The notes: generated by a model not told the origin, from the letters alone. 64,000 nt of DNA from Isurus oxyrinchus (GCA_026770705.1 JANJGN010000024.1:30876001-30940000); one strand, 5' to 3'. Positions 12,741 through 26,330 are shown, counted from the first letter of the stretch. Made by a program: numbers and translations.

Positions 12741-13162
12741 CAAACAATGTTCTCTTCTCTTTTCTCTCTGCATGACTCCTGCTGGGTGCAGTTTGTTCCT
12801 GGCAGCTCCCACCCGAGCACACAAGCAGCTATTCTTTGTGGTTGTTTTTAGACAGGCACTTTCAATTCAAATGAGGGGTGAAGGGGGCATATCTCGGTTT
12901 TTATTTCTCCCTGTTCTTTCACGGAACGTTGGCATTGCTGGCAAGGCCAGCATTTAGTGTTCATCCCTGATTGCCTTTGAACAGTAAGGAGCACGTGAGG
13001 AGACAGACAACTATGCCGGAGTGAGATGGAGACTGAGTGAGTAGTGCATTAGGTTTACATGGGAATTCGGTGCATGAAGGAAAGAGGTTTAGTATACATA
13101 GGAATTATTTAAGTTATTTAAGCAAGTAATTAAATTAAGTTAACTAAATAAATTAAGTAACA

Positions 13163-14167
13163 ATGGCAGGACAGGTGTTATGTTTCAGCTGTGGAATGTG
13201 GGAGCTTTTGGATGCCAAGGCGATCCATGACAAATACATTTGCAGAAAGTGCAAGCAGTTAGAGGATTTCTGGATCAGGATGGTTGATCTGGAAGTTGAA
13301 CTGCAGACACTGCGCAACATAAGGGATGGGGAGAAACACCTGGACATGTTGTTCCAGAAGATGGTCATGTTTCTTCAAGTAGAGTCATCTGTTTTGGTCA
13401 GCAGTGAGGGACAGGAGGATGTGACCATGAGTGAGACGGGTAAAGGAACTGAGTAGACAGTAGTAGGGGGGCCTCAGACTTTGTAATTCTCAAACAGGTG
13501 TGAGGTGCTCACAACCTGCGTGGACAAAAGTGAGGTCTGCAAGGCGCATAAGCAGGCTGTCTCATGAACTGGAACTCACTTCTCCCATACCAGTCTTTGA
13601 GCCATGCATTCATCTCCCTAATCTTATTTGCCCTATGCAATGATACAGGAAGCCATGCAAGTGGGGGGAGCAAACAGGCATGAACTGGTAGTAGGGTACA
13701 GTATAGTGAGAGGGATTGATGCTATTCTCTGCTGCAAAAAGTGAGAGTCCAAAAGGCTGTGTCGCCTGCCCAGTGCCAGAACTGGAGAGGAACTTACAGT
13801 GGGAGGTGGAGTGTCTAGTGGTTGTGGCCTATGTAGGTACCAACAACATAGGCAGGACAAGGAAAGATGTCCTGCATAGTCAGTATGAGAAGCTAGGTAC
13901 CAAATTAAGAAACAGAACCTGAAGGTAATAATCTTTGGATTATTATCTGAGCCACTAGCAAATTTGCATAGGGAAAATAAGATTAGAGAGATGAATGCAT
14001 GGTGCAAAGACTGGTGTGGGAGAAGTGGGTTCCAGTTCATGGGGCACGGCCACCAGTACTGGGGAAAGTGGGGGCTGTATCGTTGGGGTGTTCTATACCT
14101 GAACCGTGCTGGAGCAAGTGTTCTTGTGAATCACATAACTGGGGAAGTAGAGAGGACCTTAAACTAA
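13163..14167 (+). pseudogene. CR1 ORF1: CxxC..CxxC zinc finger, coiled coil, and SGNH-esterase-like domain (disrupted)
   Basis: MAGQVLCFSCGMW..ICRKCKQL..LEVELQTL, then VVGYSIVRG (block I), VGTNNIG (block III) and LYLNRAG (decayed DGLH block). Confidence 0.85.
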
Positions 14168-15867
14168 ACAAGGAGGTGAGGGGTCAAGCTTGGGTAGATG
14201 TAGCAAATCAAGGGGTAAATTTAAGGCAGGAGACCATAACAATCATATTTGGAAATGAGGGTCATAGAATAGCAGGAATAGATAGAGAGATAAAAACTAA
14301 GAATGCACCATTAGTCAAGCCTAGATGTCATGAAAATAACATAAAGACAAAACTAAAGGCTCCCTATCTGAATATGTGTAGCATTCTTACCAAAGTAAAT
14401 GAATTGAGAGTGCACGTTGAAGTAAATAAATATGATCTGATAGCAATTACGGAGTCATGGCTGTAGGGTGATAAGGATTGGGTCCTGAATATTGAGGGGT
14501 ACATGACATTCAAGAAGAATAGGAAGTTAGGCAAAGGTGGAGGGGTAGCTCATTTGATCAAGGGTGGCATTGGTGCAGTAGTTAGAGATGACCTTCATTC
14601 AGGAGATCAGGATGTAGAATTGGTTTGGGTGGAGATGAGGAATAGTAGGGGAAAGAGGTCACTAGTGGGAATGCTCTACAGGCCCCCTAACAGTAACCAC
14701 AAAGTAGGACATGAGAATTGGGTGCTTTTGATAAAGGGATGGCAATCATCATGGGTGGTTTTAGCCTACACATAAACTGGAAAAATCAGATTGGCAGTAG
14801 TAGCCTGGATGAGGGGTTTATGGAATGCTTTCGAGATAGTTTCTTAGAGCAGTATGTTCTGAAACCAACCAGAATGCAGGTTTTATTAGACTTGGTATTG
14901 TCTAATGTGACAGGATTAATCAATGACCTCAGAGTGAAGGCACCCCTAGATAGCAGCAACCACAATTTAACTTAATTTTACATCCAGTTTGAAGGGACAA
15001 GAGTGGATCTAAGACTAGTATGTTAAACTTAAGGGCAACCACATGGACATGAAAGCTGAGCTAGCTGAAGTGAACTGAGACACCAGGCTAGGGGTATAGA
15101 TCAATAGAGAAGCAGTTACAAACATTTAAGGCGTTATTTCAGAATACTCAGAATTAGTACATTCCTACTATAAAAGAAAATTCTAAAAGGAGGACCCATC
15201 ATCCCGTGGTTAACTAAAGAAGTTAAGGAAAGCATCAAACTTAAGGAGAAAGCACATAATTGTGCAAAGATGAATGGAAGGTCAGATGATTGGTCAGAAT
15301 ATAAAGAATGGCAGAGAGTAACAAAAAGGGTAATCAGGAGAAAGAAATTAGAGTATGAGAGGAAGCGAGCTAGAAATGTAAAAGTGGATAGCAAGAGTTT
15401 CTACAGGTATCTAAAAAAGGAAAAGAGTGAGTAAAGTGAGTGTTAGTCCTCTAGAGAGTGAGAATGCAGAATTAGTAATAGATAATGATGAAATGGTGGA
15501 TTAAATTGACAAATATTTTGACTCTGTCTTCACTATAGAGGATATTAAAAGTATTCCAGTAATTGCTGTAAATCAAGAGATGGAAGGGAGAGAGGAACTT
15601 GGTGAAATTACAATCATGAAGGAAGCGGTACTGGGTATACTGATGAAGCTGTGGGCTTATAAGATTCCGGGTCCTGATGTACTTCATCCTAGAATCTTAA
15701 AAGGGGTGGCTGATGAAATAGTAGATGCGTCGGTGTTAATTTTCTAAAATTTGATAGATTCTGGAAAGGTTCCATCACACTGGAAAGTAGCATTAAAAGC
15801 CTTCTATTCAAAAAAGGGAGGGAGGCAGAAAACAGGAAACTATAGGCCAGTTAGCTTGACATCTGTC

Positions 15868-16080
15868 ACAGAATCACAGAATCACAGTGCAGAAGAGGCT
15901 CTTCGGCCCATTGAGTCTGCACCGACATGTGAGAAACACCTGGCCTACCTACCTAACCCCATTTACCAGCACTTGGCCTATAGTTTTGAACGTTATGATG
16001 TGTCAAGTGCTCATCAAGGTACTTTTTAAAGAATGGGAGGCAACCCACCTCCACCACCCTCCCAGGCAGTGCATTCCAGA
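15868..16080 (-). mobile_element. Short CR1 3'-end insertion nested antisense in the long CR1
   Basis: Closely similar to 4060-4265, with the same (CACAGAAT)n tail. CTGTC on both sides (15863-15867 and 16081-16085). Removing it restores NYRPVSLTSVVGKVLE. Confidence 0.9.
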
Positions 16081-18657
16081 CTGTCGTGGGGAAGGTGTTG
16101 GAGCCAATCATTAAGGAGGTTATAGCTGGGTACTTAGAGAAACTCGAGGTAATCGGGAAGAGTTGGCATGGTTTTGTGAAAGGGAAATCATGCTTAACCA
16201 ACTTAATGGATTTCTTTGAAGGAGTAACAAGCACTGTGGATAAAGGCGAGCCTGACATGCTGCACCTGATTTCCAGGCAGCATTTGATAAGGTGTAGGAA
16301 AATAAAAGCTCATGGTGTAGGGGGTAACATATTGGCATGGATAGAAGATTGTCTGGCTGTCAGAAAACAGGATATGCATAAATGTGTCTTTTTCTGATTG
16401 ACAGGATGTGCTGAGTGGAGACCCTCAGGGGTCTGTGCTGGGGCCTCAACTTTTTATAATTTATATCAATGACTTAGATGAGAGGAGTGAAAGCATGGCA
16501 GCTGAATTTGCAGATGATACAAAGGTAGGTAAGAAAGTATGTTTTGAAGAGGACATAAGGAGGTTGTGGACAGATATAGATAGGTTGAGTGAGTGGGCAA
16601 AAATCTGATGGAGTATAATGTGAGAAAATGCAAAGTTGTTCACTTTGGCAGGAAGCAAAAAACGGAGTATTACTTAAATGGAGAATGGCTGCAGAATTCT
16701 GAGGTGCAGAGGGATCTAAGTGTTCTAGTGCACGAGTCACAAAAAGTTAGTATGCAGGTACTGCAAGTAATTAAGAAGGCTAATGGAATGTTATTCTTTA
16801 TTACGAGAGGAATTGAACATAAAAGTAAAGATGTTACACTTCGGTTATACAGGAATTGATGGAGCCACATCTCGTATAATGTGTGCAGTTCTGGTCTCCT
16901 TTTTTAAAGAGGATGTAAATGTGTTGGAGATGGTTCAGAGGAGGTTTACTAGATTGATACCTGCATCAAGTGGGTTGTTTTATGAGGAAAGGTTAGACAG
17001 ACTGGCCTTGTTTCCACTGGAGTTTAGGAGAGTGAGGGGGTGATTTGATTGAAGTATACAAGATCCTGAACGGTATTAACAAGGTGGATGTGGAAAGAAT
17101 GTTTCCTCTTGTGGGTGAGTCCAGAACTACGGGGCACTGTTTTAAAATTATGGGTTGCCCTTTTAGGACAGAGAATTTTTTTCTCTGAGGGTTGTGTGAC
17201 TTTGGAATTCTTTACCTCAGACGGCGCTGGAGGAGGGGTTATTGAATACTTGTAGGGCGGAGGTAGGTAGATTCTTGTTAGGCAAGGGAATCAAAGGTTA
17301 GTGGGGGGTAGATGGGAATGTGGAATTTGAAACACAAACAGATCAGTCATGATCTTATTGAATGGTGGAGCAGGCTCGAAGGGCCGAATGACCTATTTCT
17401 GCTCCTATCTCATTAGCTTACAAGGCTATTTCAGAGCGCAGTTAAGAGTCAAACACATTGCTGTGGGTCTAGAGTCACATGTAGGCCAGACCAGGTAAGG
17501 GCAACAGATTTCCTTCCCCAAAGGGGCATTAGGGAAGCAGGAGGGTTTTTACAATAGCTTCATGGTCACCATTACTGAGACTAGCTTTATATTACAAATT
17601 TATTAACTGAATTTAAATTTCAGCAGCTGCCATGGTGGGATTTGAACCAATGCTCCCAGATCATTAGCTAGGTCTCTGGACTACTAGTCCAGCAACATTA
17701 CAACTACACCACAGTCTCTGCCAGAACGAGCACACTGATGTTGCTCAGCAGCTCTAGCCCACAGCAATATTGCACAGCCCAAGGGCTAATCCAGCTGGGA
17801 GGGAAAAAAGCATTCATGTGTGGAAGTATTGCAATCATGGTAGGTTGCTTATCCTGGCCACCACAAAATAATTTCAGCAATTTAACTTTGTGAACCACTT
17901 CTGCTGAACTTCCAGCTGTAAGAGCCCAGGACACACTGTCATCCAGTAAGCAGTTAGAGTCGACTTGGGACCTGGTTAAAGGCACAGGACCATTATCAGC
18001 CTAACATAAAGCCCAGATGAAAATGATGGAGAAGTGGGAGGGGTTGTAAGTCCACCGTCTCCATCTTAATTCCATTACTGCTCCATTTCAGACAGATGGA
18101 GGGAGTTTTAATTTACTGAATCTGACCTTAACCAGAATAAACATGAACCGTAACAGTCCACTTTAACTTAAGGTACAGAATAAAAATTCTCACCAGGCTC
18201 CTTACTGCTGTCCATCAACTGCTGCAAAGTGTTGTCATTTTCGATGATGCAGCAGGGCTTGGCTGGCAACAGCCAATTATCTAAACCTTCACACGAAGAA
18301 CAGCCACTCGGATTGGATGTCAGAGGACTGGAGGCATCGATTGGACAGTCAGTCCATAATCATGAACCATTCACTGCTTTTAAAGAAAAGGTGTGAAAAT
18401 TGAAATTAAGACTGGGATGTCGCTCCAGAATTTAAATTAACTCATAAGATCTAATGATTTAATTGAAATGCTTCATGTTGCAATGAACTCTCAGGCACCT
18501 TGAGTGTACAAAGGATTCTCCCACAGTGAACTAAAATGCTCACTACACTTTTTCTCCCTCTTACCTGTTTCAGTGCATAAAGAAGAATAAATAAAAGCCT
18601 CATTATTACTCGAATGTTTGTTCTTCAGAATGTAAGCTGTCCTTTGCTGCTAAGCTA

Positions 18658-19685
18658 AAGCTGGATTTTATACTCCCCTGCTGATGGGTTTGAAGGCGGG
18701 AGGTATATAAAATCCAATGGCTAGCCTTCCCATTGCCTACCTGCCTGACCCAGGTTTGTCTGAAATTTTACGGGGTGGGGGGAGGCATCGGGCATCCCGC
18801 CTGCCCTTGGGCCTAGTGAAGTCACTTAAGGGCCTCATCCTACCACTGACAGTATTTTACTCATGTCGGTGGAGAGGCCTACACATTAAGAGAAGCTCAG
18901 CAGCTTTAACTGTTCTGAGTCCAACTAATTAAAGTAAATTAACAAAATCAGTGACAAAGGAAAAGGCAGCCCTTAAATTAAAGGAAACTGCAAAAATAAA
19001 AGACAAACATTTAAAGGAAACTTACCAACATTAAATCAAAACGTGATTAAAAGGGTCGGTAAAACAACCCAGTCCCCGAAGTGCCCACTGAGCATGGATG
19101 GCCTCTGCGGTGCCAGCAGACACCGCGTGCCCCCTCTCCTGGGCCACCTGGCCGTGAACATAGCCGCGGAAGACGGGTGGACAGTTGGGTCCGGCTACGC
19201 CATTGATCGCCTGCTGCCTGGACCTGTTAATGGCCAGCTTGGCCAGGCCCAGGAGCAGGTTCACGAGAAGGTCCTCCTCCTCCTGGTCACTCTTCGCACC
19301 GGGTGCCCAGCAGCTTTAGTTGCACCGGCTGTTGTCGGGCCAGTTTGAAGAGGGGACCTCCTTTGCGATCCCCTGGGCTCATCAGAAGCGCCTCCCCACA
19401 CCTAGTCATTTCTCCCTTTAACCCTCTCCCTGGCCTCTTGGACCCACCGCCTCACCCCCTCACTGAGACTCCCAACTCTGGACTGACCTGGGCTCCTTGG
19501 CATGGTGGAACTACTTGCAGTCCCAGAAGTGGCCACTGCTCTTGACTGGCGCTACTGGGGCAATCTGTCTCTAAAGCAGGACTTTCTCCCAAGAAAGGGG
19601 TGGAAGTCTCGCCTTAAGGCAATTAAGGCTGCTCCCAGCATTAAACGGCTGTAGGTAGCCATAATTCCCCATTAAATCCAGCCCC
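18658..19685. mobile_element. Harbinger-type MITE family B copy, carrying a Tx1 fragment
   Basis: TIR-like ends GCTGGATTTTA / TAAATCCAGCC. Subterminal sequence resembles the reverse of 60582-61325. Confidence 0.6.
18930..19310 (-). mobile_element. L1-Tx1 clade LINE 3' fragment
   Basis: ORF 19031-19264 (NLLLGLAKLAINRSR..C.PVFRGYV) is the Tx1-type ORF2 C-terminus, followed by a T-rich 3' UTR. Confidence 0.75.
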
Positions 19686-20359
19686 AAGAATTTCCAGTGT
19701 GTTATAAAATTGAGAGAAGATTAACCGCAACTCTCTGAACAAACTGCTATTCGGTTGCACATATGCTGCAAGTGGTGCTTTAAGATGAACAGGCAAAATT
19801 CAAACAAAGACATAATTAACTTTACATTGTTGGATCATGCTCCTTGCTTCTGCTCTATAGCAGTGCTGAACAGGTTCAATCAATGCTGAGCAAGTAAGAA
19901 TCAGGAATTTTAGTCAGTGTTTTGTGTTAGTGTTTTGTACCAGTCTGTAATGGTCCATCCATCCATCACTCTCTATCTTCTTCCTTTTCCTCCTCCATTA
20001 AAATGCTCCTCAAAACCTGCCTCTCTGACTCAGCTTTTGGTAACCTCCATCATAAAGGCGTGAGAGTAGAAGCTGGAGTGGTCCATGCAACCCTTCAGGT
20101 CTCCTCTGCCATTTGTCAGGTTGTAGCCGGTCTTCTGCCTCGGCTCCATCTTCCTGCACTATCCCTATACCCTCTTAACTCCTTTAGTGCCCAAGAATCT
20201 ACCTGTCTCTGTCGTGGGTGTGCTCAGCAGCTGGGTGTCCTCAGCCCTTTGGAGTGGAGTGTTCCATGGATTTGCAGCCCCCTGAATTGGAAAATTTCTC
20301 CTCATCTCAGTTTGAAATATGTCCTAATGTCTTCTTATAATAGAATAGTACAGCAGAAA

Positions 20360-20920
20360 ATAATGGTATGGTAGCTTATTGGTTATGTTGCTGGACTTGT
20401 TATCCAGAGGATCTGCACTAATGACCTGGAGACATAGGTTCAAATCCTACCAATTGAATTTAAATTCAACCACCCAGAAGGAAAAAAATAATTCAGACGA
20501 GTACTCTTATTTTGCAGCCCTACTGGTGGTATTTTAATATATACAAGACCAGTTTGGACCAGTATTCCTATTTCCCAGTTTTTACTGTTTCTTTCTTTCT
20601 AGGTAATTAAATAACTGAAGAATTAAAAAAACAAATCTCAGTAATGGTGACAGTCAAATGACTGGATTGTCATATAAACCCATTTGGTTCATTGAAGCCC
20701 TTTATGGAAGGAAATCTATTGTCCTTACCTGGTCTGACTTTATGTGAATCTAGGCCCACAGCAATATGATTGACTCTTAACTGCCTTCTGAACTGGCGCA
20801 GCAAGCTATTCAATTGTATTCAGGAAGGTGGCTCACCATGGCCTTCTTGGGGTGGAGGGGGATGGCTAATAAATGCTGGCCTTACCACCGATGCCTACAT
20901 CCTGTGAATGAATTTTAAAA
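20360..20920 (+). mobile_element. tRNA-derived SINE with L2-like LINE tail (internal insertion ~20470-20610)
   Basis: A-box-like start, B-box GGTTCAAATCC at ~20437, conserved body, and tail AATAAATGCTGGCC..CATCCTGTGAATGAA. Confidence 0.75.
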
Positions 20921-21039
20921 AGGCTAGCCAGCACATTACATCCACACAAGCTCTTGAAGGAATGGCTATATAGTTCCAAGACAGGATAGTGGGTGGCTTG
21001 GAGGGGAACTTGCAGGCACTAGTGATTGCTTCATATTCT

Positions 21040-21745
21040 TGGCCCTAGTTCTAGTCTCCTCCCAATATTTTCTCTATGTCTACCTTGTCAAACCATTTCA
21101 TAATCTTGGAAATCTCTATTGGGTCACTTCAAAGCCATCTCTTTTCTAGAGAAAGGAGCTCCAGTCTGTTCAACCTTTGCTGATAGTTAAAACCTCTCAG
21201 TTCTGGTCCCATCTGGATATCTGAAATATGAGGTGATGCATTTTGGCAGCAGAAATAGGGAGAGGTGCTATAGATTTAACCTTAGAAAGGATGTGGTGGT
21301 CCTTGAGAGGGTGAACAGGAGATCTACCAGAATGGTTCCAGTGATGAAACAATTCTAGCTAAAGGTTAGGTTGGAGAAGCTGGAGTTGTTCTTCTTGGAG
21401 CAAAGGAGACTGAGGGAAGGTTTGATAGAGATGTATAAGATTATGACAGGTTTAGATACGGTTGACAAAGAAATTAGGTTTCCACTAGCTGATGGTACAC
21501 AGATTTAAGGTTTTGGCCAAGAGAAATAGTGTGTGCAAGTGAGAAAGAACTTTGTTAAGCATCAAGCGCTAATGACCTAGAACTCACAGCCTACAAGAGT
21601 GGTGGAAGTGGAGATGATCAATAATTTCAAAAGGAAATTGGAAGGGTACTTAAAGGAAATTAATTTGCAGGGCTATGGGGATAGGGCAGGTGAATGGGAC
21701 TTAATGGATTGCTCTACAGACAGCCAGCATGAACTCAATATTGCC
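21040..21745. mobile_element. CR1 fragments: minus ~21040-21210 abutting plus ~21215-21745
   Basis: RLEKL.LF.LEQRRLR..LIEMYKIM motif on plus, with an equivalent motif on minus just upstream. Confidence 0.75.
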
Positions 21746-22136
21746 ATAATGACTCTATTATCTCGTCAAATGGGAGCTAATATATCCTAGTCTTAAGGCA
21801 TGACCTGACAGCCTAAGTCCTAGTCATATTTGGTGCATCCCATTAGGATAGCCTGGAGTTTCACACCTCCTGCCACACAGTGCCAATCCTTTGATATAGC
21901 AGCTGGTCTATTGACACTGCCAAGAAATGAGGCTGCAGCACATATTTACTCCCTAATATTGAAGATTGCACTTGGGCAAATATAATGAGTGCCATTAGTA
22001 TAAATTTTCATCATCTTAATCATTGTAAACTGCAAAGACTGACAAAACCAGAATCTGAACAGTTTTCAGTGAGAATATTCTGATGAACCCACCTCATGAT
22101 TAGAATGCTTTCATACTTGTCCCAAGCCCAAATGTT

Positions 22137-22248
22137 GGCCTGGATTTTCTGGTCACGCCTGTGGCGGGAACCATCGTGGGCAAGAATAGAAGATTTGAAG
22201 AGGCAGCCTAAAGGCCACCGACTTTCAGCAGGACCAGAAAATCCCGCC
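22137..22248. mobile_element. ~110-bp mini-MITE with Harbinger-like TIRs
   Basis: GGCCTGGATTTTCTGGTC ... GACCAGAAAATCCCGCC; the 13-bp inner part is a perfect inverted repeat. Confidence 0.7.
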
Positions 22249-22589
22249 TGTAATTTGGGCTGAATATTACTGCAAAAGTATAATTGATGTGATTAGCAGA
22301 TTTATTTTCCCAGCTTTACTCTAGTTTTTTGTTGGCAAACACATTGAAACTCATGGCGATATGATCAGCATATTCTTGACTGAATAATTTCATCAAGACA
22401 AACCTAATGCACCTGGGACAGCATTAACTTATGATTTGGTTGTGACCAGTTCAGCTTTTTTGTTTAGTCAATTCATGTTTTATAAATGTTTGACAATGTA
22501 AGACATGAATGGTACAATGTTGGATTTTCATCAGAATTCCAAAGTAATTATCAGCTGCAACCTGTCATACGTTTTACCTGAAATAAGAA

Positions 22590-22800
22590 AAAAGAAAGAC
22601 TTTCATTTATATCGCTCCTTTCACAGCCTCATGTCATCTCAAAGAACCTTTGAAGGACACTCATTGTTGTAATGTAGGATGTGGCAGCCAATTTGTGCAC
22701 AGCATGATCCAACATACAACAATGCAATAATCTGATTTAGTGATATTGGTTGAAGGATAAACACCCTCCTGAAAGGGCACAGGGCTTCAGTTTATCAGAA
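22590..22800 (-). mobile_element. Degenerate SINE (Deu-domain/SacSINE-like)
   Basis: AAAGACTTTCATTTATATCGCTCCTTTCAC..TTGTAATGTAGG..GCAGCCAATTTGTGCACAGCA. Confidence 0.55.
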
Positions 22801-23364
22801 AAAAGTAATAAGCCTAATAAGTGAAATGATCACTTTTTTCACTCACAATCTGGGCTTTTGAAAACTTCTCAGATATTCCCTCTTCCTTATACGATAGTAT
22901 ATTTTCAATCCAGTAAGAGTTTCAGTCTCTCTGCTCCTTTGGGAGTGGCATGTCAACAAGTGCATTAGTGAGCTTATTGTGTGCCCCCACACATGACATG
23001 GAAATGGGTATGACTGTGGAGTTAGTCAAACACTGACAATGCTAATGATGAGCAATTAACAATGAGTTAAACTGATTTATGCTGGCAAAATCCAGAAAAT
23101 GATTTTATTCTCCTAATTAGTAAGGCTGATGATTTGCTTTTTAAGAAAATATGTTCTTTACCACCACCATGCTGCATGTGCACTGTCGATACTGTCAATC
23201 TATAACATGGTCCAATCATTGATCTCCTTCAAGAGATGTCAGCACAGGAGAACCAGGGCTTGGTTGCTTGCTGAGGTTTTCCTTTATGATCGCAACAAGA
23301 CAGTAAGAGCTTAAAAGAAAGCTAATACATATTTATGTGGTTCTTCACTGTAACATTCTTTTTT

Positions 23365-23535
23365 AAATTTATGACAATGGTTTCATGGTCATCATTAAAC
23401 TTTTAATTCCAGATATTTATTGAATTCAAATTCCATCATATACTACGGTGGGATTAAAAACCCAGGTCCTCAGAACATTACCTTAGGTCTCTGGATTACC
23501 AGTCCAGTGACAATACCACTACTCTACTGCCTTCC
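23365..23535 (-). mobile_element. tRNA-SINE head fragment
   Basis: Similar to 17550-17715 (GGTCTCTGGATTACCAGTCCAGTGACAATACCACTA). Confidence 0.7.
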
Positions 23536-23698
23536 CTTCTAAGAGGGCTCTTGAAGAGTTTTGTCATTTCCTAACAATTAAGAATACAAGCACGCATACA
23601 TGCATGCACACATGCATGTACACACATACACACACAGCTATCTGCTTCTGAACCCCAGCTTCCTGTGTGAAAAACAAAAGGTTCCTTTATTCCTTATT

Positions 23699-23714
23699 CT
23701 CCACTAGAGGGCAA
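23699..23714 (+). promoter_or_regulatory. Candidate CTCF-binding motif
   Basis: CCACTAGAGGGC at 23701-23712 matches the CCACYAGRKGGC core. Motif match only. Confidence 0.4.
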
Positions 23715-25039
23715 TACATCTTGGAGTTAGCACACCCTACTATCAGGTTTTACATAACACTCCTTTTTAACTAAAATGTCCTTTTACAAAAAACATAAAT
23801 ATTAAACACAAACATTACAGTTCTTACCTGGTGAATTTTAAATAGAGACCTATTTAAATTAATATCATTACTTGGGAAGATGTAAAAGGGGAACTTTAAA
23901 AGTAACCAGTCATAAAACTTTAAATGTAATCAGTCAAGGGACCAGCTAGAGGCTACCCTAAATGTTTAGTGCATCTATATATTTTGTTATAAATTGGTGT
24001 TTGTGATCCAACGTGGACTTCAATAAGGAGAGTCAATAAAAAACCCATTCACCATAAAATTTGTTCCTTTTTTGATGAATGCAAAATAAACTGATAAGTT
24101 ATAATACCATGGATCATATGATTTGTACAATTTTTCCCAATATCATACTGTTCACTTTTGAATCCCAATTGTTGCCTTTTCACACTCTCCTATTTCTCGT
24201 CAGCACTGAATAAGATTTAAACATGCCCTCACCAGAAAACTGCTGCGCACTCATAAATATTCAAGTGTGAGCTGAAGAGCCCACTCGACCAGTCTAACAC
24301 AACTAACTCATTCCTAGCTCTTAGCTTTCGAAACTCAGGAACGTTCTTGCTGGTTAATGTTGACAAGAATGTTCTTGTTGGTTAATGGTGGCACAGGCTT
24401 TATTTTATTTAGACTCCACTACACCCCCACCAAACTATGTTTGCACAGTTTGTTAATGAGGTACTTGGAGAGCAGCATGAAGCATGATCTTGTTTCAGTT
24501 AGTAATAAGAATCACAGATAAGTCTAATTGCAACCTATTCCCTGAGTGGAGACACACTTCCCGAAATCTGAAATCTTTTCCTTCTTGACAAAAAATAGTA
24601 ATTATGCTTATGAAGAATCATTCACATTGAAACATATCAAAGCAGTCTATGCAATGAACGAGTTCTGAAGTGATTATTGCTATGTAAACAATTGTGGAAG
24701 GCATTCCTCTCAAATAACAACCTGCAAACTACATCAAATTGTTGAACATTGAATCTGTATTTGTGGTTTAGTGCAGCAAATTCGAGAGGGCATCCATTGA
24801 ACCTTCTACCCTTCAAATAGTGTCATGTGTGAATCGCAAACTTCCATTTGTTCTTTGTTGGTTTATGAACAAGATGGAAGGCTGCCATTCTCTAATGACC
24901 AAGGAGGCACTTCAAATGATACATGAGCGTGCAGAATCTCAGGCTTACAGATGATCACTGATCTCTCCTCCATACTTTGCATTCAGATGATCCAATACAC
25001 TTGAATGCAGCCATGAGATCTTTCACCTCTATGTGAAAC

Positions 25040-25830
25040 ACTGGATTGGCTTGATTTTAGCATCTCAAGCTATACGGCCCAACCAGTCCTTGCTGTTAGT
25101 TATGATCCATAATATAAATAGTATAGTATCTCTTACAACTACAGAACCCTTCCCCTGCAATAATCCTAATCAATCTACTCTGCATTCTGTCTATTTATGT
25201 AAGTCCTTTCTACAATTTGTTGCTCAAAATTGCACACAGTGCTCTAAATGTGGCCTAACGCCTTACAATAAGGCATTCTTTTGTAATAACAAATTCTATG
25301 AAAAGCAGAGATGTTAAGTTAAACGTATATAGAACGTTGGTTAGACCACACAAAGTTATTTTACACAGTTCTGGCCTCCATATTACTAAACAGACCCACT
25401 AGCAAACACATAAAAAAGATTTACGATTATGATATTAGACATGAGAAGTTACAAATATCGGGAAAACTTAACAGGCCGAGGGATCAGCTAATAGAAGTCT
25501 TTAAAATTCTAAAGGGGTTTGATAGAATAGAAGTAAAGAAGATGTTTCTAATTGTGGGGAGACCAAATCTAACAGGACATAAATGTGAGATAGTCACTAA
25601 TAAATCCAAAAAAGAATTCAAGATATACTTCTTTACCTAAAGAGTAGTTGGAATGTGCAAACTGTAATCACATGTAGTAGTTGAGGTGAATAGCACTGAT
25701 GCACTAAAAGGGAAGCTAGATAAGAACAGTAGGGAGAAAGGAATAGAAGAATATGGATGGGAAATAAGGTGGGTGCGGATTCATGTGGAACATAAATACT
25801 ATAATACCCCAGTTGAGCCAAATGAAAGCA
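25040..25830. mobile_element. Old CR1 fragments (minus ~25040-25260, plus ~25290-25830)
   Basis: Decayed LYRTLVRPH, LIEVFKILKGFDR and KEFR..FFT motifs. Confidence 0.65.
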
Positions 25831-26330
25831 CAAAGACAACAAGAGATTGAATCCTAGGTTCAGTGAAAAAATAGTTAAATCCTAGATGGCTAGTTTGGAG
25901 CATTGCATCAACATGCATGCATAAAAACTATACATATACACATTTGTACACGTATATACAAAATTTGATATCCTGTAAAACTGTCAGGATTTAAATCAGG
26001 TTCAGGAAACGTGTTGGAAATGATTTCATAGCAGCTATGAAATCATCGGTTCCAGCATTTAACCACAACATCTTTCATCACGGCAGGTTTCAGTTTCATG
26101 GCCACCATCCTTGATGGCAGCATTTTTTTGATCAAAAGATTGAAAAATAATTCATCGTAACAAGTGGGAGTGATGGAACACGATTGTGCAGCTGATGGCA
26201 TCCTTGCACACACTGTTCATTATACAGAGGGCAATATATTTGAAAATGTGACCCTCACAACACAGCCCACCAAGTTTACCACTCAATTCATTGTACTATT
26301 CCTGCTTCCTTTGTCTTTTTTGGACTTAAT

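Larger units (their letters stand above)
12990..17412 (+). mobile_element. Near full-length CR1 LINE (5' UTR, ORF1, ORF2, 3' UTR), inactivated
   Basis: ORF1 and ORF2 motifs lie in order (APE: YDLIAITESWL, LYRPP; RT: NYRPVSL, HGFVKGKSCLTNL, PQGSVLGP, FADDTK). The 3' tail ends ~17410. Confidence 0.95.
12905..17715 (-). mobile_element. tRNA-derived SINE with LINE-like tail, split by the long CR1 (tail ~12905-12985; body and head ~17413-17715)
   Basis: Both pieces are reverse complements of successive parts of the plus-strand SINE at 20360-20920. B-box-like GGTTCAAATCCC on the minus strand at ~17637-17648. Confidence 0.75.

Noticed and set aside
18195-18390. Possible exon (open on plus; good GTGAGA donor on minus)
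   Set aside because: Weak splice sites on plus. On minus the best acceptor gives stops in all frames, and the peptide is unrecognisable.
20360-20450. tRNA gene
   Set aside because: A/B-box-like motifs without a cloverleaf; this is a SINE head.
22848-22938. Possible minus-strand exon with a GTGAGT donor
   Set aside because: Weak acceptor. The phase-0 reading needed after 47618 hits a stop.
23590-23636. (CA)/(CATG)-rich tract
   Set aside because: Ordinary degenerate microsatellite.
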